Positions 38,470 through 51,575 of a DNA stretch of 64,000 nt are shown here, one piece after another. The notes under the pieces were generated by a model. That model was not told the origin of the DNA and did not search any database. It saw only the letters and a list, made by a program, of their open reading frames with translations. The stretch covers positions 220,038,001 through 220,102,000 of the forward strand of contig OX597814.1 in NCBI GenBank assembly GCA_951406725.2. The letters run 5' to 3'. Within the stretch, counting starts at the first letter, position 1; each line of letters opens with the position of its first letter. The translations under genes and the position numbers were made by a program. Source of the stretch: Octopus vulgaris (Eukaryota).

Positions 38470-39701
38470 TCAGGCTGAGTAAAATGTAAGCAACGTTTTG
38501 AAACATGAAATTCATCACGATATATTTCAAAAATGCAGAAATTTTAATCATCGAAATAAGTACCATTACAATCAACACATTTTTTTCATCAAGTTACAAG
38601 TTTGTTTATTTCAGTGACATAGAAAGCTGGAGTTCTAGAGCTGAGGAACTCTTTGAATACACTTTCAGCATTAGTTTGATTTTTTTAACTCCTCTCACAG
38701 GAAACCATCTAGGTGCTTGAAAAAGTGGTAGTCAGTAGAAGAAAGGTCTGGGTAAGAACTTTGAAGCCAAGTTCCCTCAACTTCTGGAGTGTCAATAGTG
38801 AAATGTTTGGCTGAGCATTGTCATGAAGAATGATTGGCTCACTTCTGTTGACCAGTCTGGGATGGAGGAGTAGCAGTTTTTCATTCATTCTGGCAATTTC
38901 ATGGTAATATATTTCTGCAGTAATAGTTTTTCTGGGTTTTAAGAAGCTATAGTGGATGAGTCCAGCAGTACACCACCAAACAGTCACCATAACCTTCTTT
39001 TTGAAGAGTTTAGGTTTAGGGAAAAGGTTTTTGGTGCATCCTTTTTGTCTAACCACTGCGAAGAACGTTTTTTATCATCATACTGAATCCACTTTTCATT
39101 GCAAGCTACAATACAGTTGAGAAATGGATCGGTCTGGTTACGGAGAAGAAGTGACAAGCAAATTTCATATTTGTGCTTTTTCTGATTTTCATTCAAATCG
39201 TGTGGTACCCATTTGTCAAGCTTTTTTGATTTTCTAATCGCATGCAAATGGTTACAGGTAGTTTTCTGGCTAACTTTAAGTTCTTTTACCAGTTCTTGAG
39301 TGGTTTTACATGGATCTTTCTCAATGATGGTCCTTGATTGACCATCATCGATGACAGATGGGCGTCCATTATGCTCACAATCTTCAAGGCTCAGGTCTCC
39401 ATTGAGAAATCGTTTAAACCATTTTTGAGCTGACCACTCACTGGTCATTTCCTCGCCAAACATTTCGTTGATATCACGAGCAGTTTCAGCTGCATTATGC
39501 ACCTCCTTTTGAAGTTGAATAGCAAAATTGCTTGAATGTCACGCTTTGATATTTTCATTTCAGATGATTGTAACAAGAGTGAAAAAAATATCAGTGTTAA
39601 TCTAGTAATATACTTGGGTGAGTCTATGTTTGTGTTATCAGACAATAGCAAAAAAAGTGCTTAAGAAAATTCAAAACGTTGCTTCCTTTTACACAACCGG
39701 A
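38470..39701 (-). mobile_element. Near full-length but inactivated mariner transposon
   Basis: TA-flanked TIRs (TCAGGCTGAGTAAAATGTAAGCAACGTTTTGAA / TTCAAAACGTTGCTTCCTTTTACACAACCGGA). The frameshifted transposase retains GRPS, WVPHDL, NEKWIQYD, HDNAQP and DYHFF motifs. Confidence 0.92.
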
Positions 39702-40559
39702 TAGTTCAGTGCAGTGGCATAAAATGCCTACACATAGTTAAGCAGAAAGGAAATACATTGTATTGAAATATGAACCTTCAAACTTTTCATACAATCATTT
39801 TATTTGGCAGTATTATTTAACATATTCATGAAGAAAAAAAGAAAAATAGAAACAGGATGGGGTTGTGAGATTGATAAGAACAAAACACAATTGTGATCAT
39901 AATATGTATATTTCCTCTTGAAAGAGTAATTGTGGCTTATTTATCCTTGTAAAAAGCTATATCCTCTTTAGTGAATTTAGTTATTGTTGCTTATATGATA
40001 ACTAACAAGGGTAATATTGGTTCCAAATTTTAGCACAAAGCCAGCAAGTTTGGGGGAGAGGAAATTCGATGACATCAACCCCAGTGCTCAACTGGTACTT
40101 ATTTTATTGAGGATGAAAGGTAAAGTTGAACTTAGACTGTAGAGATGGATGAAATGTTGCTAAGCATTTTGCCCGGCATGCTAACAATTCTGCCAGCCTG
40201 CTGTCTCTAACAAGGGAAGAGAAAATAGCAAGAATAGCAGGGGTTTCAGCTTTTATTTTTGTATTTGTCAGAAGTGGAAGAGAAGAGGTCATTTTTGTTA
40301 TAGGCCTTTTCAAACTTGTCTTATTTTCTTTTCTATTTTACTTGCTGGGTTGCAAGACAAATTCTTCAAACAGAGCCAACTGGGAGGGAGACCTAGGGGT
40401 AGACCAAGCGTGAGATGGGTGAATAATACCCATAGTCTCAGTTGGTTATGCTTAAGAACCCAGTAGGATGGTTGCTTCTGATAGGACCCTATCCTATCAG
40501 TACTTGAGGACTCTATATCCCCTCCAAGGAATAGTGGTTGGTGAAGATGGCTGGATGAG

Positions 40560-41820
40560 TTTAGGGAAATGAGCAGAGCCCATGGCCTACACTAGTCCTT
40601 TGAGACCAGTGAGATTGATGGACATAACATTTCACTTAAACTGTTGCAAGTCATCATCTGCTGGAAAGACATGGAAGGGAGTTCAAGAAGGTTTTATTCC
40701 TGGGAATAAAAGATTATGTTGAGGTTAGTAAGGGACTTGGATATACGAAATGTATGAAATGGAATTACAGATATCATATGCTTGTACGGGATAATATTTA
40801 CAAAGGGTCACAATGAAATTTAGACAGCATTGAGAAAGTAGCTAACATAATGTTGAAAAATAACACATGATTAATAAGAGTGGGATTGATCTGAGATCAA
40901 TTAGAAATGTGTATTGGCATAACTGTGCAGTCAAGAAGTTTGCTTTACAGCTGTACGGTTCAGTCCTATTGTATGTATCTTCAATTATGATCTCAGGTTG
41001 CCTTGTGAGTGAATTTTATAAGTGGAAATTGAGTGGAAGCTTGTCAAAGGAATCATTCATGTTGTTAAGTGGTGGACTTAATCCATCACTCAGTGTAACA
41101 ATCTAGTCTAGTGGTTCCTCCCTAGGAAGTCCACAAATCTAGTATTGGGAAGGGACTCTGTGAACTAAGTTTAACAGTTCAAGAGGATGCACAGTAAGAC
41201 TGATAAAGATAAACTTTTGAGAATTCAAAGTCAAAAAGTGTATTTGGAAACAAAAAGTTTATAAGGAATTACAGGCTCAAATTCTTTGTCCCTAAATTAT
41301 CGACATTACACAGATAACTTCACAAAGGGAGATAGGAACTAAATATTCAGTGAATTTTACTGATACTATCTGTTTTGGAGGATATAAAAGTGGTTTCTCT
41401 GAACTGATGTCTTGATTCTAGTGAATCTTTCTTTTAAGAGCTTTGCATGAGGATGGTAGGGTGTACCTCTTCCGTGTTGTACTCACTGATATTCTAAACA
41501 CTCTTTAAACTTACAACTGATAAATTGTGGATCATTGTAAGAAATATTTCCGTTTTTTGAAATTCCATGCAGATGATCATATGATGAGTTTCAGTAACTT
41601 TTTGAGAAACATTCTCTGAACAATGAGATAATACTGTATCTACATTCTTAATGTTTCTCTGAAGTTTAACAGACACATGAAATCTACATGTAGTTCTCAC
41701 ATGTCTAAGTATTATAAACATTACCAAGGATTCTAGTAACTCATGCAGTTCAAGTGACATACATATCAGACAATTCCTAATTTTTGACTTATGTTTTTGA
41801 CAAAGTTGTGCTACCATTAT
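40560..41820 (-). mobile_element. Highly degenerate CR1/Crack-like LINE relic
   Basis: The minus strand near 40650-40712 reads SFIPRNKTFLNSLP, resembling the SFFPRT..LWNSLP LINE C-terminus. The rest is too decayed to call and the boundaries are approximate. Confidence 0.35.
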
Positions 41821-43696
41821 TTAATCCTTCTTTGTTTTTATTTTTCCCATTCTAGCATGGCACTCATAAGTAATGTCTAAAACTTTTGGTCTTGATATAA
41901 AAAGAATGAGAATTTAATTTCTTCATAGAATGATACTTAATTCCTTGGTAAGCTCTTGTTTTATAGGCAAATATGTTTAAATAGTTGAATTTTTCTAGTT
42001 ACCAATTCACAATTTATGTAATGGAATCCTCATCTGAATGTTTTAACAAATGAGATAAAGCCATGGCTTTGAGAATCACGTTTGAAATTACAAAAATGAC
42101 ATCTCATTTATGATAATTATTCTTTGTTAACATATTCTGTTGTTGTAACAAACTGATATGACAGTACAATTACTGGAGTGTAATTGCTGTTTATAAACAG
42201 TAGTCTAAGAAGCAAGATCTGGCTAGATTGAGTATAAAACAGGAAGGCTATTTGGGCCGGAGATGGCCAGTTTAAATGCTAAAAAATTAAAGAAAGAATC
42301 AACCATTTTGATCCCATTTCATCTGTTTAGCCAATATACCTTTTATCATTTACTTATTTCAGACAGACTGCAGCCATGCTGGGGAACCACCTTCAAGAAT
42401 TTTATTCAAATGAATTACCCCCGTACTTGTTTGTTGAAAACCTGATACTTATTCTATTGACCTCTTTTTGCTGAACCACTAAGTAACAGGGATGTCAACA
42501 CACCAACAATGGTTATCAAACGGTGGTGATGATCAAACTGACACAAAGACATTACACACATAGATACATATATGTATTTATGTTGTATACAATGGACTAC
42601 TTTCAGTTTCTATCTCCCAAATCCATTCACAAGGCTTTGGTTGGCTTGAAGCTATAGTAGAAGACATTTGCCAAAGGTGCCATGCAGTAAGTTTGAACCC
42701 AGAACCATGAGGTTGGGGAGCAAGCTTCTTGTCACACAACCATGCCAGTGCCTATATCTATATCTCTTAAACATATTTGGAAATTTCATAACAAAAGATG
42801 GTTTAATCCTAACTTGAATTCCTGAGGTTGATAGAGCAACAAGACAAGAGGACAATTTCTAGAAATAATAGTAAAAAGAAAAAAGAAGAAAAAAAAGCTT
42901 TTCTCTTTGTTTAAAGAAACTTCAAGGCAGTCACTCTACATATTGGAAATAGCAGCCAAATCTCTCTCAAATTATACCCTATTATATTAAAAAAGGCAAA
43001 CTAAATGAATAACGTAGTCTTAGATACACTATTACTAAAATGAAGACGAGGTGGTCACAACTGGAAGGCCTTTTAGCATATATAGATCTGCCCAATCAAA
43101 ACTGATCTAGGGCTAAGCAATAGCAACTGTAATAACATACATTATTTACTTGGACAAAGAATTTTTCATCATAAAACCGTCCCAAATACAAAGATTTAGA
43201 AGCAGAAATATGAAAACTTGGGCTCATAAAAATAAAGACAATCCCAGTTGCAATCTTTGCTTTTCTTAGGAAAGAAAAAAAAAAAAAAGAGACAACAAGA
43301 AGATCCTGTTACCAACTAAATAAATACTTTATTAATACTATCCACTCCTTTATAGAACAATGCTGGTGGCAAAACTTGTTGTGTCGTGTTATGATATACT
43401 TTGCATTAAAAGGAATAAGGGGGAAAAAATCTACTTGATAAACCATTATCTCTTTTGGTACTAACTTGCTTGAGCCTGCCTCTGTCTGCATGTAATAAAA
43501 AATGCTTGTTCATAATAAGATTTTAATTTTCCATTATAATTTTGTGTTAAACCTTTTTGCTAAGTTATATTCCAAACACCAAATTAATAATGACTAAGTG
43601 TAGTAAATGAATCCCACCAAGTAATATGATTGTTTTCAAATCAATTGAGCCATATAGACAGAAATATGGTCATGGAAAGGTTAAAGTTATATTATA

Positions 43697-44081
43697 CTAG
43701 CAGTATCGCCCGGCGTTGCTCGGGTTTGTAAGGGAAATAACTATATAAGCATTTTTAGAGAGTTATAGCCAAAAAATAGCAAAAAAATGCATTAAAAATG
43801 GAAAAAAAATGATGGTAAATTTTTTTTAAAATCGTTGACTCATCGTAGACATTTTTAAAGAGTTACTTCCCTTATATAATATCGAAAAAAATGCATTAAA
43901 ATTGAAAAAAATGATGGTAAATTTTTTTTTAAATCGTAGACTCATCGTAGACACGCGCTAATACTCAGAAGGGCTCGATATGAATCACGACTATAAGATA
44001 CCCGGTTTTGGTTACAGCAAAATGTGGGAGTAGTTAGGAATCTAGGAGACAGACACACAACTTGACTTTTATATATAAAGA
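43697..44081 (-). mobile_element. Non-autonomous Helitron
   Basis: Same 3' hairpin and CTAG end as the 8102 copy, with a 5' TC, an A|T site and an internal ~95-bp duplication. Confidence 0.75.
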
Positions 44082-44562
44082 TTACGGGGAAATAAATTTG
44101 AAATTTGTGACAGAAATTTGTAAAGTGTGATATTTTTAATTGGAAGCTGAGATTAAATAACGTAGCACAAGGTAAATAAAAAAAGAAAAAAAAACAAACA
44201 AAAGAAACTATGATGTAGAGCGGAGGTAGATGAAATTAAATTGTATTTGAATAGCATCTAGTTTATACAGCCTGAGACTATGAGAGTTGATGTCAGCTCT
44301 GATAGGATGTCAGCTGAGCAATTAAAATTGATCTAATTAAAAATCACAAAATGTTATTTTGTTTGGAACTCAACTTCCATTTTAAATATGTTGGAATTTG
44401 AACCTATGGTTCTGAAGAGCCTGGAGTCTCAAACCAGTGCCACAGTCCACTAAGCTGGCTGAACTGTTAACACGTTGGACAAAGTGCTAAGTGGCACCGC
44501 TTCTGGGTCTTTACATTAGTATATATCATCATCATTTAACATCTATGTTAAATGATGATGCA

Positions 44563-44753
44563 GGGGCAGGAGTGGCTGCGTGGTAAGTAGCTTGCTAACC
44601 AACCACATGGTTCCAGGTTCAGTCCCACTGCCTGGCATCTTGGGCAAGTGTCTTCTGCTATAGCCCCAGGCCAACCAATGCCTTGTGAGTGGATTTGGTA
44701 GACGGAAACTGAAAGAAGCCTGTCGTATATATGTGTATATATATATATGTATG

Positions 44754-44784
<31 letters not shown>

Positions 44785-45016
44785 GTGTGTGTATGTTTGT
44801 GTGTCTGTGTTTGTCCCCACCCCCAATATCGCTTGACAGCCGATGCTGGTGTGTTTACGTCCCCATCACTTAGCGGTTCGGCAAAAGGAGACCGATGGAA
44901 TAAGTACTGGGCTTACAAAAAGAATAAGTCCCGAGGTCGAGATGCACGATTAAAGGTGGTGCTCCAGCATGGCCGCAGTCAAATGACTGAAACAAGTAAA
45001 AGAGTAAAGAGAGAGA
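44563..45016 (+). mobile_element. Family A SINE
   Basis: Full head-to-tail copy. Confidence 0.9.
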
Positions 45017-45536
45017 GTTCCATACTGGCCTTGGTTGTATGATTTAAGAGGATCCAACAGGCTTGAGGACTGCATTGTGCTTTTCTGTCTATTCTGGCAT
45101 GGTTTTTACAGCTAGATGCTCCAGCCACTTTGCCACATGTACTAGATGCTTTTCTTGTGGCACCAGCACGAGTGAAGTTGCCAAGCAGCTTACATGATTA
45201 CAAACCCCCAAGAGAAGTGATTTTACACAAAGAGAGGAGGGTTTAATGTACGAGAGAAGGGGCCAGAGCAGAATAGGTTTCTTACTGTAGAAGAGAGAGT
45301 GGGAATGAATGGAGTGGAGTTAGGAAGAGATTAAAATAAAATAGTGATCATATATGTTTGATAGGCTTCTTCCAGTTGTCAGTTGCCAAATTTACAACAC
45401 TTTGGTTGGCTTGAGTCACTGGTAGAAGACATTTGCTTGAGGTGCTGCACGGTGGTACTGAACTTAATGTAATATAGTTGGGGAAACTAAACATATGTAT
45501 GTAGAGAGTGTTAGAAGTGGTGTACAGATACTGTAT

Positions 45537-45746
45537 ATTGAGAAAAAAAGGAGGTTGCCAGAATTTTGGAAAAATTCTTTTATTTATTCCTTATTATTAG
45601 CGCTTTCGTTCACTTTCAAACTTGTCAAATAAAATTATTCATTTATATAAATCAGGTGTTTTTTTTTGTTTTGTTTAGTTGAGGAGAACATTGTTTTTTT
45701 GGTTTTTTTGGGTGAGATTCCATGACAATAGAGATTGATAGGTAGG

Positions 45747-45782
<36 letters not shown>

Positions 45783-46292
45783 AAGATAGATAGATAGATA
45801 GACAGACAGATAGGTAGAGAGAGAGAGAGAGGGATTTCTTTTCAATTTGGCATGTATTTACCATTGCATAGCTATATCATGTCAATAGCTATATAATGGT
45901 AAATAACTAAATAAATGAATGGTAAATACATGCCAAATTAAAAAAAAGAAATCTCTCCCTCCTCCCTATCTATGCATCTATCTATCTATCTATCTGTCTG
46001 TCTGTCTATCTATCTATTTATCTATCCATCTACCCATCTATCTATCTATCTACCTATCTACCCATCTATCTATCAATCTCCATTGTCCTGGAGCCTCAAC
46101 CCCAAAAAACAAAAATAATGTTTTTCTCTTCTAAACAAAACAAAAAACACCTGATTTTCTATAAATGAACAACCTGTTTCTACATTCACAATTTAATTCG
46201 ACAAGTTTGAAAACAAAAGAAAGTACTAATAATAAATAAATAAATAAATAAATAATTTCTTTCCAAAATTCTGGCAACCTCCTTTTTCTCAA

Positions 46293-46293
<1 letters not shown>
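45537..46293. repeat. Diverged fold-back element (about 330-370 bp arms, about 50-nt spacer)
   Basis: Outer ends ATTGAGAAAAAAAGGAGGTTGCCAGAATTTTGG / CCAAAATTCTGGCAACCTCCTTTTTCTCAAT. Inner ends TTTGGCATGTATTTACCATT / AATGGTAAATACATGCCAAA, with mirrored GATA/TATC microsatellites. Confidence 0.85.
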
Positions 46294-46323
<30 letters not shown>

Positions 46324-46511
46324 ATGTATGTATGTATGTATGTATGTATGTATGTATGTATGTATGTATGTATGTATTATGTATGTATGTATGTATGTAT
46401 GTATGCATGTATGTATATGAGTATGAGTATATACACTCATATGTATATGTATATGTTTTATTATGGGTATATACCCACACCTTTATAAGTATATATGTAA
46501 TCTAATTTGTA

Positions 46512-46638
46512 ATCTCCGAAGAGGCCTTAGGATGTTTTTGTAAATGTCTCATTTATAACTACATATTGACCTACCATAAATGGCTAATATGAGTTGAATG
46601 AGACATGCTTATCTACATGGCCGAAACAGCTGTAAGAT
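46512..46638 (+). ncRNA. Minimal type I hammerhead ribozyme, core variant (CCGAAGA)
   Basis: Stem I ATCT/AGAT. Core CCGAAGA at 46516-46522. Stem II closed by GGCC/GGCC with a long extension (ATGTCTCATTTA/TGAATGAGACAT). GAAA at 46623, palindromic stem-loop III ACAGCTGT, cleavage triplet GTA at 46632-46634. Confidence 0.7.
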
Positions 46639-46976
46639 ATAGTCTATATTTATGTGTACTTATATTTATGTTCTATTATACGTATTCTACTTATTGTATA
46701 ACATTACTATTTTATGTACACTCCTTCATGTACACTGCTTTACCCTGCATTATTATGTTTAACCTTATAGTTTCTTATGTAGTGGTTTAATAAAGTATGT
46801 GATTGAGTATTATCTGGTAATTGATATTTGATTTCGATGTATTTCTCCATTTTCTTATTTTGTATATATATATATATATATATATACATACATATGTATA
46901 TTTATATATATATTGTAGGCAACCAACCAAAATGTTGCAAGAAAATTTGGTACACAGAAACTGAAAGAAGCTTATC

Positions 46977-47015
<39 letters not shown>

Positions 47016-47556
47016 CATGTGTATATGTCTCCTTTCCTAGACATCATCTGATCATTGTGGACAGACTCCACCCTCAAATAGGAAGTATTGTTTGTTTGCA
47101 ATATTAAATCATGTTTGGCCGTTGTGCTGTTTGTGTGCTTAGGAGTGGAGGAATATTACCTTGCTTGGTAACGAGTGTGTGTTTGTTTGCTTGTTATCAG
47201 TCGTAAGACACTTGTTGTTGTTTTCACCGTTAATGCTTCTGTATTTCATGTTTCTGTATTCCATTATTTTTTTGTTTTTTTATATTCGTCCCTTTTGCTG
47301 TCCTGGTGTCCGTATGCATTCGATCCTTCTTCCAGGAAATCTACGCTCCCAGCTTAGTTTTTCTAATGCTCGTTGCTTAGTTTTTCTTGGAGGGCTGGCC
47401 GTGATCTAGTAATCTCAAGATTAATCAGCCGAAATTACTACGATGATCCGGTTCTTGACTGAAGACTGAGGGTTTCGAATGTCCTGTCCGTGTTTATTGT
47501 ATCGTCTTCTAAGAGTTATACGTTCTTGTCCATGTTGTATTTTTCTACATACCTTA

Positions 47557-47593
<37 letters not shown>

Positions 47594-47615
47594 TATATAT
47601 ACATACACACATACA

Positions 47616-48266
47616 CACAAACATGGCAGAAGTAAATATCAAGTGGAGAAAAGATTGGGCCAGAGAGATGGTAGAGAGGCCACTAGCATTTTAGAACACT
47701 GTCATATTCTCTGATGAGTCCAGATTTGCTGTAATTTCAGGTAGTGGTCAAGAGTGGGTCTGGAAACTGTGATCAAGAATTTGACATGAAAAGATTGCAG
47801 CCAACAATGAAACACAGCAGCTATTCTCTGATGGTCTGGGGAACAATTTGGAGCAATGGTCGATCAGAGCAGGTGGAGTGTGAGAGAAGACTCCTAATCT
47901 TCTCCAGTGGTGAAAAGATTAAAAAAAGACCCAAAATTGGTTGGAAGAGAATGACATTGAAAAGCTTCCATGGCCAAACCAGTCACCAGATATGAACTCT
48001 ACTGAACACCTCTGGGGCATGATGGACAGAATACGTCATAAAATGAACAAGAAAACATCTTGAAAGCTAGATCTTTTGAGATGACTTCATGATGCTTGAA
48101 AGAAATTCCTCAAGAGAATATTCATCGGATCCTTGCATTGAAAAATGCTAAAGGCATTATTAGATATTCACATTATAATAATTAATTAATAATTTGAAAC
48201 AATATTTTCATAATTAAATAAATTTTAATGATTATAAGGATGTCTATTTACTTCTGTCATGTGTGT
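47616..48266 (+). mobile_element. Internally deleted Tc1-like transposon
   Basis: TIR pair CATGGCAGAAGTAAATA / TATTTACTTCTGTCATG. Transposase relics [19 protein letters not shown] and [16 protein letters not shown]. Confidence 0.8.
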
Positions 48267-48441
48267 GCGTGTATGTGTGCATGTGTGTATATATATATAT
48301 ATATCTGGCAGTGTCTGACTGGGCCTGACGAAGCCTTCCAGCTTCACAGACCCCAGTTGAACCGTCCAACCCATGCTAGCATGGAAAGCGGACGCTAAAT
48401 GATGATGATGATGATGATGATGATATATATATATATATATA

Positions 48442-48857
48442 TACTCTCTCTCTCTTTAACTCTTTTACTTGTTTCAGTCATTTGACTGCGGCCATGCTGG
48501 AGCACCGCCTTTAGTCGAGCAAATCGACCCCAGGGACTTATTCTTTGTAAGCCCAGTACTTATTCTATCGGTCTCTTTTGCCAAACCGCTAAGTGACGGG
48601 GACGTAAACACACCAGCATCGGTTGTCAAGCAATGCTAGGGAGACAAACACTGGCACACAAACACATACACACACATACATATATATATATACATATATA
48701 CGACAGGCTTCTTTCAGTTTCCGTCAACCAATTCCACTCACAAGGCATTGGTTGGCCCGGGGCTATAGCAGAAGACACTTGCCCAAGATGCCATGCATTG
48801 GGACTGAACCCGGAACCATGTGGTTGGTTAGTAAGCTACTTACCACACAGCCACACA
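48442..48857 (-). mobile_element. Family A SINE (flanked by RTE-tail retroposon pieces at 48306-48425 and 48880-49060)
   Basis: Near-identical to the other family A copies. Confidence 0.88.
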
Positions 48858-49561
48858 TGCCACCTCCACATGTACCAGGGATGTCTGGCATCGGCCACGA
48901 TCAGTTGGTGCTTTTAACGTGCCACCAGCACGGGAGCCAACCATGGCGGTGCTGGCATCGGCCATGTTCGGATGGTGCTTTTTGAGTGCCACTGGCACAG
49001 AAGCCAGTTGAGGCGGCGCTGGTGACGGCCACGTTCGGATGGTGCATTTTATGTGCCACGTCGGAACATTAACAGCTGGTCCCCTTTCGTCACTGCTTTG
49101 CTTTATCCCATTCAGATGTAGACAATAATCTATCGACAAGCTTGTGGTTCGTCTAGCTCGACACACTGTGGCATTTCTACCTCGCCTCACTACCACTTCA
49201 AAACTTATTGGATATTTTAGATTTGCAGCCAAGTACCGGAGCTAACTTCCTTGATGTGCATTAAGGAATTAACTCATAGCCCCTACAACCTATTGTCTTG
49301 TATGCTTACCTCTGTCGTGCTGGCTACTTCATGTGTGAGCAAGGAGTAAATTATGTTTGTTAACCAAAAGCATTACCTTCTGATTTTTATCGTTACCTTC
49401 ATGTAAAACATGCATTTATACATTTCAGACCTTCTTACGTGCACACATTTAACTATACTTCCTAAACTGGTTAAAGCCCAACTCTTAATTTACCTTACAA
49501 ATGTAACGTAATCAAATCACCTCCTCAGTGCATATAACAAAAAAATATTTTCCCTGTGAAT

Positions 49562-49952
49562 GGAAATGGGGAAGCACTCCGTCAGTTACGACGATGAGAG
49601 TTCCGGTTGATCCGAATCAACGGAACAGCCTGCTCGTGAAATTAACGTGTAAGTGGCTGAGCACTCCACAGACACGCGCACCCTTAACGTAGTTCTCTGG
49701 GATATTCAGCGTGACACAGAGAGTGACAAGGCCGGCCCCTTTGAAATACAGGTACAACAGAAACAGGAAGTAAGAGTGAGAGAAAGTTGTGGTGAAAGAG
49801 TACAGCAGGGATCACCACCATCCCCTGCCGGAGCCTCGTGGAGCTTTAGGTGTTTTCGCTCAATAAACACTCACAACGCCCGGTCTGGGAATCGAAACCG
49901 CGATCCTACGACCGCGAGTCCGCTGCCCTAACCACTGGGCCATTGCGCCTCC
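49562..49952 (-). mobile_element. Young full-length tRNA-derived SINE with an 11-bp target-site duplication
   Basis: Head GGAGGCGCAATGGCCCAGTGGTTAGGGCAGCGGACTCGCGGTCGTAGGATCGCGGTTTCGATTCCC. TSD TCCCTGTGAAT at 49551-49561 and 49953-49963. Confidence 0.9.
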
Positions 49953-50691
49953 TCCCTGTGAATACTGAGGAGGTGGATGAACTGAATTATGCTAATTGGG
50001 CTAATTGCCTTACTTCATAAAGATAGTAATTTTACTGAAACACAATGGTTTACACAACTTAAAATACATTTTCTGTGTTTATTACTTGTATAGCATGGCT
50101 CAGACTCTGCACACCATCCTATCTGGGCTTTGGCAGCCTTTGTCTGACTGTGCTGTGCAAAGCGATGTGGTTGGGAAGCAAGCTTCTTATACACACAGCC
50201 ATGTCTGTGTTGTTGCTGACATATCATATCTGCACTCGTTACCATACTCGTGCCAATTGCTATGCCTATAATATATATCATCTTCCTCATTATTCCATGT
50301 ATTCCATGCTGGCATGGACTGGATAATTTGACAGGATTCGACGAGCATGACGGCTATGCTAGTCTCTATCATCTGCTTTGACAAGATTTCTATGGGTGGA
50401 TGCCTCCCTCATAATGCAAACCACTTTGCAGAGTGTACTGAACGCATGTTACATGGGACGTTGGGATGGGTGGTAAGAGGGGGTGGTTCCAAGAAGAGGA
50501 TTCACTGATAGCACAAAAAAAAGGAAGGAATATGTGCAGTTCAGCTCTCATTTAATTACAGCAGCTGAGCAAAAGTGCTCTACTTAGAGATGTGAGGAAA
50601 GAATGGGTGTTATGAGGAGGAGTAACTGGGAGGGTTTGGCAGGTACAGATTGGTTGCAAATAGTATAGACATTCATGATATGCTTTTAGGA

Positions 50692-51069
50692 TACTCTTTT
50701 TTACTCTTTTACTTGTTTCAGTCATTTGACTGCGGCCATGCTGGAGCACCGCCTTTAATCGAGCAACTCGACCCCAGGACTTATTCTTTTGTAAGCCCAG
50801 TACTTATTTTATCGGTCTCTTTTTGCCGAACTGCTAAGTAACGGGGACGTAAACACACCAGCATCGGTTGTCAAGTAATGCTAGGGGGACAAACACAGAC
50901 ACACAAACAAACACACATACATACATATATATACATATATACGACAGGCTTCTTTCAGTTTCCGTCTACCAAATCCACTCACAAGGCATTGGTCGGCCCG
51001 GGGCTATAGCAGAAGACACTTGCCCAAGATGCCACGCAGTGGGACTGAACCCGGAACCATGTGATTGGT
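50692..51069 (-). mobile_element. Family A SINE, head truncated
   Basis: Near-identical body. Confidence 0.88.
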
Positions 51070-51149
51070 CTCATTTTTTTTTTTTTTTTTTTTTTGCTGA
51101 GATAGATAACTCTGGTAGAACGTAGCAAGTTGCCATTCATCTCAACCCT

Positions 51150-51507
51150 TTGTCATTTCCTTCAGCTCAATGACCAAAGATCAGACTTCACTATTTTGTC
51201 CCATGTCTTCCTGGGGTCTCCACTCTTCTACAAGTATCTTTTACAGCTGTCTTCATCCATATGCATCATACATCAGCACAGCCTTCTCTCTTGCACTCTT
51301 CCTCTCAAGCGCCTTTTTATGCTCAATTTTTCTCTCAGCACATTTGCACTTTGTAATACATGCACACAGCTGACCTTGCACATCCAACACAACATGCTAG
51401 CTACATTCCTTTCTAGCCTTTGCATGTCCTTTGCATTTACAGCGCATGTTTTATTACTATGTAGCAATGCTGTTCATATGCAGGCACTATACAATCTGCT
51501 TTTCACC

Positions 51508-51575
<68 letters not shown>

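Noticed and set aside
44390-44462. tRNA-Leu-like sequence on the minus strand
   Set aside because: It is too degenerate: no intact acceptor stem or D arm. At most an old pseudogene or SINE head.
47380-47480. GGCTG...CAGCC-GAAA hairpin and a nearby CTGAAGA in a TA-flanked repeat
   Set aside because: The motif order and stems do not assemble into a valid hammerhead. It may be a decayed PLE end but I cannot support that.
47711-47730. CTGATGAGTCC hammerhead-like start
   Set aside because: It encodes the Tc1 SDESRF motif, and no matching GGAC-GAAA follows.
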